Source: Octopus sinensis
Taxonomy: Eukaryota
Assembly: GCF_006345805.1 (NCBI RefSeq)
Contig: NC_043006.1
Span: 86,428,001-86,492,000 of the forward strand
Direction of reading: 5' to 3'
DNA length: 64,000 nucleotides
The translations under genes and the position numbers were made by a program. The notes below the pieces were generated by a model. That model made no database searches and was not told where the DNA came from. It was given only the letters and a program-made list of their open reading frames with translations. Shown here piece by piece: positions 50,474-64,000 of the stretch; within the stretch, counting starts at the first letter, position 1, and the number at the start of each line of letters is the position of its first letter.

Positions 50474-52431
50474 GACTGAACCCAAAGCTTTGTGATTGGG
50501 AAGTAAACTTCTTTACCACTCAGCCATATATTCTAAATCTTGCCAGCTGAGGTGAATATGCTTTGCTGTAGAGATTCAACAAGACTGGAACCTGTCTATC
50601 CCTTTCACCAGTTGACTTTAAAACCAATATCCATTCCTAACTGCATTATTTTTCTCTTCCAAAACCCTGGGTTCACTGATACTCTTGACGTTTTTAGATT
50701 TTAAGTACCCATAGATTGAATTCCATCAACAGATAGCAAGAATAATTTCAGTTAAATGAAAATTTCCTTCTTACTGTATTACATTGCAAAACACTACTCT
50801 CTCTCTTTCAATTACCACTCACTTCTCCAAGACTTCCTCCATCACCACTACCACCCTATATAAAGTAGCACATGTACTAGGATTCCCCTACTCGATTTTT
50901 TTTTTGTTTTTTTAATACCCCTGCTGAAGATACCGTGTATCCAGAAGGTACTCTTGTCTAAATTTGCTAGCTTAATGGGGGGGGGGATCACATATGGAAT
51001 ATAATGATTTGAAAATCTTCCATTAACTGAGATTATGCCTTCAGTTAAAAGTTAAAAACTCATTTTAGAGTTCAAAATCTTAAAACAACAAAGTAAGATA
51101 ACTCTAATGTCTGTTTTCAAATTAGAAGGATAATCTTTGCGTATCAGAAACTTTTAATTCCCTATATTAAATACATGATATTCAACATTGATTGGGTGCT
51201 TAGCATACAGAACACACCCTTGGGGTATTTTTTACATAGCTTTATTGTTTATATTTATAATCATCAACACTACAATCACCAACTCTCTCATATATGTATA
51301 CACACACACACACACACACAATCATCATCCTTTAATGTTCACGTTCTATGTTGGTATGGATTCGATGGTCTGAAAACTGCATTATGCTCCTATGTCCATT
51401 TCATCATGGTTTCTGTGACAGCATGCCTTTCCTAACACCAACCACTTTAGAATGTGTTGGGGGTCTTTTTATGACGCCAGCATTAGTGAGGTCACCATAT
51501 TAGCTTGCAAGGCTAAGACCCACTTCAAATGAGAGGAGCTATAATACAGAGAGAGGGAGGCTGATTTATGCTTGGAGATGAGAGGTTATAGTGTGAGTGA
51601 ACAGAAGTGAACAGGTTTTTTGCTGTAGAGAAGCTACATATTTACTCACATTGTAGAAAAATGGGTGGGAGTAAATGGTGTCGAGCTGGAGAGGGACAAA
51701 ATAGTAGTGATGGTCTATCAGAGTGGACCCTCAAAATACAAGGTCAGTAAAAGTGAGTAGGTACAGGAGAAAAAGAGGTGGGTAAAGGTAGCAGTTGTGT
51801 CTGAGAGATGAGGTAACATTCCTTGTTTCATGCTTGCACGGGTTAGATGGAATTCGTTGAAACAGTTTTTCTATGGCAGTTTGCCTTCACATTGTTAATC
51901 CTGGCTCTGAAAAGTAATAGTTCTCCCTGGCCAGACATGTTTTCCTGAAAGACTGGAACTGAGAAAAACAGCTTTTATGTCTGTGACATTCATTTATAAC
52001 TACAATGTGATGTCAAGACCAGGACACACACACACACGATGGACTTGTTTCAGTTTCCATCAACCAAATCCACCCACAATGTGGAAAACATCTGCATACA
52101 ATGAGACTGAACCCAAAGCTTTGTGATTGGGAAGTAAACTTCTTAACCGCACAGCCATATATTCTAAATCATGCCAGCTGAGGTGAATATGCTTTGCTGT
52201 AGAGATTCAACAAGACTGGAACCTGTCTATCCCTTTCACCAGTTGACTTTAAAAACCAATATCCATTCCTAACTGCATTATTTTTCTCTTCCAAAACTCT
52301 GGGTTCACTGATACTCTTGACGTTTTTAGATTTTAAGTACCCATAGATCGAATTCCATCAACAGATAGCAAGAATAATTTCAGTTAAATGAAATTTTCCG
52401 ACTTACTGTATGACATATGCAAAACACTACT
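50474..52431 (+). repeat. Dispersed direct duplication of ~325 bp (50474-50798 / 52105-52431)
   Basis: About 95% identical by eye. Begins inside a SINE A head remnant. Confidence 0.9.
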
Positions 52432-53497
52432 GCATTAAATAAATATGTTACCATGGTTACTTTGGTTCTTTTTAATGTTTACCTTTGCTTGTAGGAAACC
52501 CTTACTCCTACAAATCATATGATAGCTTTATTTCCTTAGATGGAATATTTATGAATTGTTCAACGTATCAAACGTCTTTTCTATTCATGCTGAAGAATCA
52601 AGTTTCAAATATTTTCTCCCAATTAAGTCAAAACTCCTCAATCTACTCCACCTACCTTGTCTAAACTACTCTTATTGCTCAGAACCTCAATGTATTCTAC
52701 CGTATTTTCTCTCATCCCACCACTCACCAATTTACTCTAGTATATCTTGTCTAAACTCCTTTCATCTCACAACTTTCTGGTGTACCCCAACGTACTTTGT
52801 CTTAACTGGTATCATCCTACAACTTACCTACGTGCTTCATTATAATTTGAATTATTCTTATCCCACAACTCACCAATGTACTTACCAATACTTTTGTCCA
52901 CAAACAGTCTTCTTATATATCTCTACTATGCATTTTTACAAAAAACGATTTATTTCAAATGTTGGTGATAATGTTGTTGATTTTGTCTTATCTCTACCTT
53001 CAACAATGTTTTCTTTGTCAAATATTCTTACTACAATACTTAGGAACAATTGCTAACAGTCTTTCAAGTCTGACTAAAACGATTGTGCAATTTTTTATTG
53101 AACAACCTGCACAGATATTTGCATATAACGATCAAATGTTTGTATTGTACATGAGCTTAGACTCTCTATCAAATCGACATTGCCTGTACAGGTGCGCAGT
53201 GAGCTGAGTGTCAAAAGTCAAAGTGGCCACAGAGCAAGGTGAAATGAAGTGTTTGCTCATAGAATGAAATAACTCAGTTTTAGCATAACTACAAAACTGT
53301 TTTCTCTGGTCTTGGTGTTGTTCATCTTTTATAATCTGTCAGTGAAGACGGTGCAATACTAGTATAGTTTAGTGAGATAGATTTCTGAGTCTCTTTAGTT
53401 TTCGTTTTTATTCCAGATCTAAATTCCCTTCAATGTTTCGCCAGGATTTATCATGTCAACAGGATGGGTGTTGGAGGTTGGTAGAAATGGTCTGGTG

Positions 53498-53729
53498 CTA
53501 ATGACAAGCTGGCAGAAACGTTAGCACACCAGGCGAAATGCTTAGCGGTATTTCATCAGCCGCTACATTCTGAGTTCAAATTCCGTCGAGGTCGACTTTG
53601 CCTTTCATCCTTTCAGGGTCGATTAAATAAGTACCAGTTACACACTGAGGTCAATATAATCAACTTAATCCGTTTGTCTGTTCTTGTTTGTCCCCCCTGT
53701 GTGTGGCCCCTTGTGGGCAGTAAAGAAAT
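53498..53729 (+). mobile_element. SINE family B with a 13-bp TSD
   Basis: aaatggtctggtg at 53485-53497 and 53730-53742. Confidence 0.9.
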
Positions 53730-54210
53730 AAATGGTCTGGTGGACAAAATCTGCTACCTACCTTCAATTATAATAATCTTTTCCACTATAGGCGCAAGGC
53801 CTAAATTTTGAGGGAGGAGGCTAGCTAATAACATTGATCCCACTGCTCGTATTTTTCATATTTTATCGATGCAGAAAGGCTGAAAGGTAAGGTTGGCCTT
53901 CATGGGACATAAAACTGGAAGAAATGATGCCAAGCATTTTGCACAGTGTGTTAATGACAAGAGTCTCAGGAGATGAATGGACTATGTCAGGCTGTTTTGT
54001 GATACCATACATGAAGACAAATGGTTCAGTGGTACCCTAAGAGCCTATATAATTTATAAGGCATGATCAATATTCTACTTTTGCCGACAGAATTTTGGAG
54101 ATTAGTATTTTAAGAATAGAATGAAAGAAGGAAGCTAAATTTGTTAGATGCCTTTTGTAGGATTATGTAGAGGACTTTTCATGCATAACCAGTATATACT
54201 TTTACATATA

Positions 54211-55458
54211 TTAGGTCGTCAAGTATGAAATTTGTAGTAAGGTATATTGTAAGCGTTGACAGCTGCTCATTTTGTGCCATTATTATATTTTGACAATCTT
54301 TATTTCTTGTTAGAAAGCTGACACATCTATTTCTTTATTCTAACTCATTTTGCACTTTATAAAGAGTTTATAAATCATCTTTTGCTATTTTTGTTTAGAG
54401 ATAGACAAGTTGGAAATTCGTACAGGTTTGAAATATGAGTTCTTTCTTGGAAATAGAACATCGCAGACAGCTCGGAATATTAACGGAGCTTTTCATTGTA
54501 ATGCTATAATACAGCAGACAGTATCAAATTGGTTTGCAAAATTTCGTTCTGGTAACTTTGACCTCACAAATGAGCAACGTGGTTGACCAGAAACAAAGGT
54601 TGATAATGATGAACTGAAAGCTACTGTCAAGTCAGATCCATCTCAAAGTGCCCTTGAATTATCGTTGTTGTTTGGTGTTAGCAAATAATCAATATTGACT
54701 CACCTAGTTCAAATCGGTAAAGTGAAAAAGTTGGATAAGTGGGTTCAATGAAAATCAGAAACAGCAACATTTGGAAGCCTGCATTATGCTACTTTCTCGT
54801 CAAAAAAATGAGTCGTTTTTGAATTGAATTTTAACGTGATGAGAAAGTGATCCAATGTAACATCTGTACAATAGTTGCACAAAGACGAGCCACCAAAACA
54901 CAGTCCAAAAAGCAAAATTCATCAAAAGAAACTAATGGTGGGTGGTGGTCTAGCACAGGTGTGACCCACTATTATTTCATTAAACCTGGCTCATCAATCA
55001 AGACTGAGATATACTGATGCCAAATGAACCAAATGACGCAGAAACTTACATAAAAAAACCCGCCTAGGTAGGTCAGCAGATCCATTCCTATTTTATTACA
55101 AGACAATGCCAGATCACACATCGCAAAAATGACATCGGTGAAACTACAGTAGTTGGAAGTTCTCCATCATCCGCCATACTCACCTGATCTTGCCCCCAAT
55201 GACAACCACTTCTTTCAGAATTTGGATAATCTTTTAATAGGAAAAAAATTTAATTCTGATGATGCTGTAAAACAGGCTTTCCAAGATTTTATTGACTCTA
55301 GATTGCCAGGCTTTTACAGTTCTGGTCTGGACAAGCTACCGCTGAAATGGCAAAAGTGTATTGACAATATGAGTGCATACTTTGATGAATTCCTTGTATT
55401 TATAAAACATTAGCAAACTTTTTTTTCTTTTCTACAAATTTCGTACTTGATGACCTAA
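54211..55458 (+). mobile_element. Full-length mariner (DD34D) transposon with an inactivated transposase
   Basis: 27-bp TIRs ttaggtcgtcaagtatgaaatttgtag / ctacaaatttcgtacttgatgacctaa with TA duplication, 1248 bp long. Reads WFAKFRSGNFDL, LLQDNARSH and HPPYSPDLAPND, with many stops. Confidence 0.95.
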
Positions 55459-56107
55459 TAAGTCTTATATAATTTGTGACATTTACTATGAAATATTTTC
55501 CTTTTGGTGCTTATAAAACTTTAGCCAAGCATAAAATTCTATAACTTTAAGTTAATGAGTTGTAAGTCTTCAGATTGTACACCATTTTGTTTTAACCTCT
55601 CTTATCAACAATAACATTTTTCTCTTATAAATTATTAACTGAGCAACATGTTTAAAATATAAGTTTCAAAAATATCTTGAGACAATTCAACCATTATTTG
55701 GTTATATTTATGGCTCCTATGAACTTTTCCTGTGGCACTTACCACAAATCTGCAATGTTGTTCTTCTTCATTTCCCTGAAACTGACAATAGCAACTAAAA
55801 CATCTGCAAGGTTCAATACACTTGATGATTCTATTAAATAGATTTCAAAACAGTTAATATTTACTGTTGTTTTCTGATTGGGCTGACCCATCCATCACAC
55901 CATTAACTCTCTCTTCAATTAAACTTTTGTTTACATTGATTTTTCAAATTTATTTCGTTAAATTGCCTTGTTGGCGACAACACATTACTATGACTCCACA
56001 TTGTCTGCATGGCACATACATGAACACATAATATTTGTATATCATAAATAATACATACATGTAATGACAATTATATGCATACACACGCATACATATATTC
56101 TTGTATA

Positions 56108-56146
<39 letters not shown>

Positions 56147-57955
56147 TATATATGTACATACACATGTATATATATATATATATATATATGTACATACATA
56201 CGCGTGTAAAGACACTCACACTTATAAACAAATATACACAGATATGCCTACACACTTCAAGAAATATATATAAATTCTTGAACCAAATAATCACTACCAA
56301 AAAACATTGATTTCTTTGATTTTTACACAAATATTTGCTTCATTTAAATTTTATTTGTGTTGTCATTTCATTAGTCTTCTTTCTTTAAACCATTTCTTGT
56401 AGACTGTTAGTAACAGCCCTGAACAATGAGTTAGCAACACTTCCCAATGTTAGCATTACTTTACATGCTAAGACTATCACCACAAACATTTATCTTCTTC
56501 AATTAACCACTTTCCCAGTATTTTAACCCCACAATGTTTGCCACATGCTCCTCCCTAGCAATCAAGGCTACTGTTTCCCTTTAAGGATGTGTACATATTT
56601 ATTATTGTCTGTAAAGATAAGTGAAATATTTCTCCTTGTCTGACAGTCATGTCTGGTAGATTTACAGTTATTTAATTTTTTTTTTTTCAAATTGTGTCAT
56701 CCTTCGTAACAGGATATTCCAATTGTTCATGTACTACATTCAACTTGCAGCTTAAAGACTTATTAACCACAAAGGGACGATTCACCTATAGAAATTTGGT
56801 AATGTCAAATTTATCTCATTATCATTGCTGCTATCATCATTGTCAAAGCTTAAATGCATTTCTTCTGTTGCCTTTGCCATCCTACCCATACACTAGTTGC
56901 TGGTGGTTAATATGGCAAATAATATCTTGTGTGTGTAAACTATGTATATTTATGTGCTGTGTTTCATTATGAGGTGACTCTGTTTTCCATTCCAACAGAT
57001 AGTGTGTGTGCAGACATGTGTGTATGTTTGGTGAATCACAAAGTCAACTGCAGTAATAGAGGGCAATGGGAAATTAGAGTAACAAAGGTTTAATGAGTAG
57101 TAACCAGATGGGATAAATTAGTCTGACCCAATGGGAAATAGGTGTATATTGAGCAGTTTTAGGGGTGTGGTTTGAAAAAAGAGTCTAAAAAACATGTTTG
57201 CATCTCTCTACAAAGAGAATTGTCAATATTTAAAACTTTTCTCATTTTTTCTCTCCTCCAAGATTATTTTCTGCTTTTTCCTTGATAAAAAAATTTAGAA
57301 GAAATAGATTTAAATTGATTTAGTCAGGTTTATAAAGGTTCTCAGCCGTTTTAGGAAGGTATGTTCTGGAGCTTGTTGGCTGAGAGGAGGTCAAATGTTG
57401 TGTCAAACTAAACAAACAAGTTTACTTGAATTTAATTCCAAAAAGGTTTTTTTTCTTTTATTAATTCTTTCAGTTCAGATTTAGAGTTTTGCTTATGGTT
57501 TTGAAATTGTCAGCAAATAAATGTACAGGCTTCTTTAAAAATATTATAATCAATTAGGTGAGAATTTTAAAGCTGAAATCTTGAAGAAAACCTCAAAAAA
57601 AAAAAATGGTAATATTGGCAGTAGTGTTTCTGATTGAGCCTATAATTACATATGGCCAGTGTTTTATGGTGTAAAATAGTTGTCAAATAGAGAGTGAGAG
57701 AGATATAGCTAGATGGAAAGAGAGAGAGAGAGAGAGAGAGAGCAATTATATATGATAGGGTAAGTGCATGCTAAATGAAAGAAAACATTTAGGTTTTTAT
57801 GCATTACTTTATGGAATATTGGAACTTAACAAACATTACACTTTTACACAGAAACTTAACATGAATATTTTGAGAAACAATATCTGTGCAACTATCTATC
57901 AATCTATATATACATATATAAATCCAGCCATTTCGTGTACTATATATAAATACAT

Positions 57956-58009
<54 letters not shown>

Positions 58010-59063
58010 TAACACAACCAATCATACACACATATAAACATGCATGTGAAAATAATGTTGGCATGAAAAAAAAATCTCCAAAATTTCTGGAGTGTATTTA
58101 CATGATTTTGTAAAATTGCAATGAGTTGATGATCACTGTTCATCTTCCCATAGATAAGAACAAAAGTATTTATTCATTTTTCCATAATCTATTATTTTCA
58201 GTTTTTAAACACAAATTTTAAGATATTTTAGATAGGGCAAGCGTTTCTACATTCAAACACCATTCTCAAACCTGACTGCATTCTCTATGATATAGGCATG
58301 GTGCTAAGTCTCAACTAGAAGCCAACAAAAATATATCTTATATGCACATCACATTAGACCAATGTTTAACTCTGAATCTATTAGTTTAGTTGCTGAGTCT
58401 GAAGAAAGAAGCAGGGCCCAAGACAATTAAGGCCCTCTGAAATGGGTGAGATTTATGCCATTAATGTTCCATTTAAACTGTGACAGGTCAACACCAACAA
58501 GAAAGATATAAGCAGGGAGAAGATTTCAGAGGATTGATGTTCTGGGGAAGAAAGATTGGGAACAGTGGTTAGTGCCGAGAAAGGAAGGTTGGATGCATTG
58601 AGGCTGCTGAGAGGTGGAGAGACTAGTAGGCTAGGAGTGCCTGAAGGGTGACAATATGACACCAGCTGGCTCTGAAGAACAGAGGCCATTATAATAGTAA
58701 CAGGAAAGAGAGGAGAGAGAGGTGGGGGTACAGCAAGCCTGTGGGCCAGAAACTGGATTTTTTCCGTTAGTAACTGAACATCAATCAGCTAAGTGCTCTT
58801 TTTTGGCATTAAGCAGTTAATATGAATCTTCTGAATCTGTTATCTGTGAGATTAAAAGTTCTCTTCACCACTATGTGGGTTCAGGTTCAATTAGTCGGCA
58901 TAACACCTTGGGCAAGTATTCTTTACTTGCCCAAGTAGCCTAGTGAGTAAAATCGGTTGAAAGAAGTTGTGTGGGAGTCTTTTGGAGAATTGGCACAGGA
59001 GTCTGTTTTTGTTTTATTATCTATAGTGGGTGGGTTATACACTCAATCTATTTCCCAGTTTAA

Positions 59064-59284
59064 CCCTTTCATTACCAACCCGGCTGAAACTGGCTCTGGC
59101 TTTGAGTACAAGTGTCTTGTTTTCATAAGTTTTGAATTAAAATCTTCCACCAAACCTTAGTCACAATTTATGTTCCTAGCATTAGCTTAATGATAACTAA
59201 GCTATTTTACTAAATTCTTTGTTTTATTTAAAATTAATTGAAAGAAACACAGGGCATCACAAAATAAATACAGTAACGAAAGGG
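59064..59284. mobile_element. piggyBac-type MITE
   Basis: TTAA-ccctttcattac ... gtaacgaaaggg-TTAA. Confidence 0.88.
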
Positions 59285-60865
59285 TTAACACCACCACATG
59301 GCCTCTTGGATGACTTTGCAGAATCTTTCCTGTTACAAACAACGTCTTCCCTTCCTCTTACTAGTCTTGTAGCTCATTCAAAGAGTAATGCAAATTGCCC
59401 TTTCTCCACTAACAAAGCTATAAAAAAAAAATTAAAATGAACAATATCCTAGAATTATAGTGTTCAGTCCAGAGGCAGCAATTAACACACTGAAGATAAG
59501 ATTTGAATGGGAAACTCAATATTTTCTCCACTCAGTCATTTTGCTTTTATTGAGGTTCCTTTTAGTCAAATAACAATGCCCTAACCAGACTAACTACATG
59601 AAATGTAGAAGATTGTGCCATGATTGTGTATTTTCAAAACAAAGAAACTACTACAAATTAGTTAATTTCCAAAATATTGTAAAATAGTCATTTTAACATT
59701 GCCTTGCTTTACCACATTCCCTTGCAATGTCTTAATGCAACATTTTCTTACATTTTGTGTGTATGTCTTCTGGTGTTTTAAGTGCTACAGTTATCTGTGA
59801 GACACTATGTAGACAACACGTGTGTTTTTTAGGGATATATATACATATGTATGTATATATATATATATATATATACTTACACATAAACATGAGTGTTTTT
59901 TCAGGGATATATGTGTGTATATATATTATATACAATTGAGTGCGTTTATATAAATTTGTCTTTTTTATTTTGGTTCAAACTTTAGCAGAGAAAGTAAAAA
60001 ATATATCTGTATATGATAATCTCTGCAAAATAGAGAAGAAAAATGTCTTTATAAAAAGTTATGATATGATATGAGGTCCTTTCTTTGTTTCTCTGAGTTT
60101 GTTGATGTAAGTAATAGTATAAGAAATAACAATAATTTCACACACACACGCATACATATATACATATATGTATATATATATATATGTTAAGAGGGATAAT
60201 TTTTCCAGTTAAGTTTATCAGTTTATTAAAGAGGCAGTTTCAGAAAAACAAATAATAATAAAAAAAATTTAAACTAAAAAAACAAACAGGCAAAAAAAAA
60301 AAGCAATACTATTAACGTAAAAACAAAAGTATAAATAAATCAAGATTGGAACAGTAACCCAAACATGTATGATGCAAAAATATACATGCACATGCATGGT
60401 CAGTAATCCTAGTGTACATTTAATATTATAATAATTGCAGAGATGCATTAAATTACTACCATATCCAAATGAACAGGTAAAATATTGAAAAAGAATGCTT
60501 AAACCAACAAAAGTTCTACAACAGAATAAACAAAAACAAATTCTAAACACTCCAAGCCATCTTTTCAATATGCTCAACGACAAACCGTTTGTGTACCATT
60601 TATTGTTAAGTATTTCGTTTACCCTCATCAGAGGTGACTATATATATATATATATAATTTCTTTATTTGTGAATTAAGGCTACCATTGGTTTCATGTTAA
60701 GTAGGAGAATATCCTAGTGTCTTAACAATTTATCAAGCCGATCACACGGAGAAAGGTGTTTGTCTCCCTTCTGGGAAACAATTTTGCTTTGTTCGTGGGA
60801 TTTCTCATAAATTATATATCCACCAATGCAGTGTTGAGCACTCATTTCATCATTCAACATTTATG

Positions 60866-60898
<33 letters not shown>

Positions 60899-61594
60899 CT
60901 TTGTCATTCTTTTAGAAACATATGCTTCTCTTCAATCTTGCTGCCAACTTCCTTGTTTTATGTAAAGCGAAACAAATAAAAAAAATTTGGAGCCACAAAA
61001 AGCAACTAAATAACTAATAAAAATGCATGGATTAATATTACTATGAGTAGTGGTAGGTACTTAGAACAATATGATAAACAAATACATCGGTAATTAGAGA
61101 GAACGACACCTCACTCTACTCATCCTTCTATCTGCATTGTTTTGATCAGTCTATTCTATAATACTTTTGAGGAACCACACATACACACAGACGTACATAC
61201 ACTCAGACACACACACAGTCACACACACACAAATACACGTATACAATATCTGTTTGGCTATGATTGAAATTAAAGCCTTCATTATCCTAATGTAAACTTA
61301 TGGTCACTTAGGAAGATTGAAATGTAGATAACAGCAACACAAAAGTTGTTAATTGTATACAAATCCTCATTTTAGATATATTGTCATGTGAAGAGATATA
61401 CTCATACATGTATCATAGAAAGAGATCAGCAGAGGCCTAGATATATTAGACTTTTATATTCATAAGAAATATTTATTAAAATTTCCCCATAATTCCATTG
61501 GCAGTAAGAAGAGAGGCACACCAATTATAAAGAAAAAAAAAATAGGAAAAAAAAACTGGTCTATGAAATGCTGTTCTTTTCTGCCCAAATCCCT

Positions 61595-61735
61595 CTATTT
61601 GTGTTTCTGGAACCATTCTGATACAGGTTCAAAATGTGTTTTCATCCAGAATATATGAAGACGAATAAACTCCAGTACATTGCTGATAGTCTGTCCATTT
61701 ATAGGGACATGTTTCTTTACAAGGAAATCCGTTAC
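61595..61735 (-). CDS. Terminal coding exon of an M1-family zinc aminopeptidase (ERAP1-like C-terminal domain)
   Basis: Strong acceptor tcatcttttttgtAG, phase 0. VTDFLVKKHVPINGQTISNVLEFIRLHIFWMKTHFEPVSEWFQKHK* fits the M1 C-terminal pattern V..F...Q.lE.I..nI.W......v..W. Confidence 0.85.
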   Translation of the reverse strand, partial: VTDFLVKKHVPINGQTISNVLEFIRLHIFWMKTHFEPVSEWFQKHK

Positions 61736-62791
61736 CTACAAAAAAGATGAAAGGAGCAGTTTATATAATGATATATATGTAAGAGAATGACTGGGAATTG
61801 TGGAAATTTAGTAAAATATCTTTGTCATATTAATCTGATGTCTTAGACATGAACTGACTTGAAATTTTGAAAGGAAGTTTTAATTAAGATCATTTTAAAG
61901 CAGAAAGTTTGTATCTTAGAATTAAGAGTGGTTATGGTTGGGTTGACGTCAAAGGGGATAAAGAACTGATCAGTACCTTATCCATTCAGTTACTTCACTT
62001 CTTTATTTACAGAAGATGTGTATGTGTGCACACATACATGTATGAATATGTGAGTTCATATATGTGTGTGTGTGTGAGAGAGAGAGAGGGTTAGAGAAAG
62101 GCAGCAAATTGGTGGAGTTGGTAGTGTTGAAAAGAATACCTGGCAGTATTTGTTCTGACACTTGGTACTCCAAATTCAAAAACCCACCAGGATCAGGTTT
62201 TGCCTTTTTGTCCTTTCAGGACCAAAAAAAAACAAAACAAAAAAAAACCGGTCAATTCAAGGGCCAATCCAGGGTGGATAATTAGTGGAACTGCTAAGAT
62301 GTTGGTCAAGCTACCCACTTTGCATTCTGACAGAAATGCCTGGAACCATTCTACTTTTATATATCCAGGTCAGGTACGGAGGCGTGCATGATTGCAATAC
62401 ATTACTGCATCCACCATTTGTCAGTATTCACTTGGGTCATCCCAAGCAACCATCTGAGCAGTGTCCCAGTCACTCCCCATCTCCATGACATACTTCCTCA
62501 TCCTCTGTGACCATGTGGCATGTGGTCAACCAACACAAGCCATCACTACAGCTTGATCCTTATATGCAGGATCATACACTAAACCATATTGATCCAAGTC
62601 AGAGGCCTTTCTTTTGAATAAACATTGATAATGTGGAGAGGGAAGTCTTGCAAGCATGGGCAACTGCCAGCCTTTCTCAAAAATATCTTGCCCAGTCTTA
62701 CAAGAATGTACATATGAATGGTTTCCCGAGATGACGATTCAGGGTTAAAGAGAAAAAAAAAATAAAATAAAAATGCTATGTAACATCTTAC

Positions 62792-62873
62792 CTGGTCATA
62801 TTCTTCTTGTGTAATAATTTCGCTGATAACAATACTGAGTAATGTGTGCAGCTCAACCTCTGAAGTTTTATAC
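62792..62873 (-). CDS. Penultimate exon (82 nt, phase 2-0) of the same M1 aminopeptidase
   Basis: tattacAG|...CAG|GTAAGA. Reads YKTSEVELHTLLSIVISEIITQEEYDQ and splices in frame to 61735. Confidence 0.85.
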
Positions 62874-63112
62874 CTGTAATAGTACGTAAATCACTTGCTT
62901 AATAATGAAATAATATATTATTTAATTATCATCATCATCATTATCATCATTTTAATGTCCACTTTCATTATGTTTGCATGAGCTGGACAAAGCTGAGACA
63001 GATCTTTTATGACTAGGTACATTTCCTGACACCAACCATCATGTTCCTAAGCAAGGCAATCTTTCCCTATGACTAATCATGTTTTCATAGAATATTGGAA
63101 ATGAATGACAGT

Positions 63113-63690
63113 GAGGGCACATGGCTTAATGGTTAGGATGTTTGGCTCATGATCATAAAGTTGTGAGTTCAATTCCCATCTGTGTGTTGTGTCCTTGAGC
63201 AAGACACTTTATTTCACATTGCTCCAGTCCATTCAGCTGGCAGAAATGAGTTGTACTTGCAATTCAAAGAGCCAGCTTTATCTCATTTTGTGTTACGCTA
63301 AATCTCCTCAAGAACTATGTTAAGGGTACATGTGTCTGTGGAGCACTCAACCACTTGCAAGTTAATTTCACGAGCTGTCTGTTCCATTGATTGGATCAAT
63401 CAGAAACCCTCATCGTTGTAAGGCGGCGAACTGGCTGAAACGTTAGCATGCCGAGCGAAATGCTTAGTGGTATTTCGTCTGCTGCTACATTCTGAGTTCA
63501 AATTCCGCCGAGGCCGACTTTGCCTTTCAACCTTTTGGGGTTGATAAATTAAGTACCAGTTATGCACTGGGGTCGATCTAATCAACTTAATCCCTTTGTC
63601 TGTCCTTGTTTGTCTCCTCTATGTTTAGCCCCTTGTGAGCAATAAAGAAATAAGAAACCCTCATCATTGTAAACAATAGAGCGCCAGAAA
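63113..63690 (+). mobile_element. SINE family C with a nested SINE B (63422-63652), intronic to the aminopeptidase
   Basis: The nested copy is flanked by agaaaccctcatc(g/a)ttgtaa at 63402-63421 and 63653-63672. Confidence 0.88.
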
Positions 63691-63797
63691 TGGATGATTC
63701 TGCTTGTATAACAGTAACACTCATTTACAATTAATACATGATATCAAGATAGGGAAGGAAAGATAGATGGACAGGCAGGCAGACAACCAACCAGACC

Positions 63798-63829
<32 letters not shown>

Positions 63830-64000
63830 ATATGACTGGTTTCTTTCAGTTTACATCTACCAAGTCCACTGAAAAGGCATTGACTTGCCTAAAGTTCTGC
63901 ACAAAAGAATCTGAAATTACATGGCTGAGAAACAAACTTCTTAATCACTGCTTTTATGCATCTCTATAGTGAATGTACAAAACAATTGTAAGTTTTCAGT

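Noticed and set aside
55736-55776. Strong minus-strand donor GTG|GTAAGT with a possible 33-nt exon
   Set aside because: Too short to distinguish from chance, and no linked exon was found.
56688-56786. Possible minus-strand terminal exon VNRPFVVNK...DDTI*
   Set aside because: An acceptor is present, but there is no recognisable homology and no upstream partner.
59290-59420. Good minus-strand acceptor ttttttttatAG
   Set aside because: All three frames hit a stop within 15 codons.

Overview
AT-rich, repeat-dominated eukaryotic DNA. The SINE families and microsatellite load look like an octopus/coleoid cephalopod genome (inferred from recognising the repeats, not from a search). Host coding content is small: the last two spliced exons of an M1-family aminopeptidase (minus strand, 62873-62792 and 61735-61595) and one candidate symmetric exon (8570-8328, minus). 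All three are absent from the ORF track. The rest is mostly mobile DNA: two divergent Tx1/L1-clade LINEs that both lack the APE endonuclease, an R4/Dong-type LINE fragment in TAA microsatellite, three RTE remnants, a Tc1 and a full-length mariner pseudogene, several MITEs/foldbacks, several SINE families and a 2.15-kb tandem duplication. The most interesting signals are: (1) a ~355-bp hammerhead-containing, retrozyme-like unit split by an endonuclease-less Tx1 element with a 14-bp TSD; (2) a tRNA-headed SINE with a Penelope-type hammerhead tail, inserted as a head-to-head dimer with a 16-bp duplication; (3) a SINE whose 3' tail matches the Tx1 3' UTR. Coordinates and counts were read by eye, and boundaries of old repeats are approximate.
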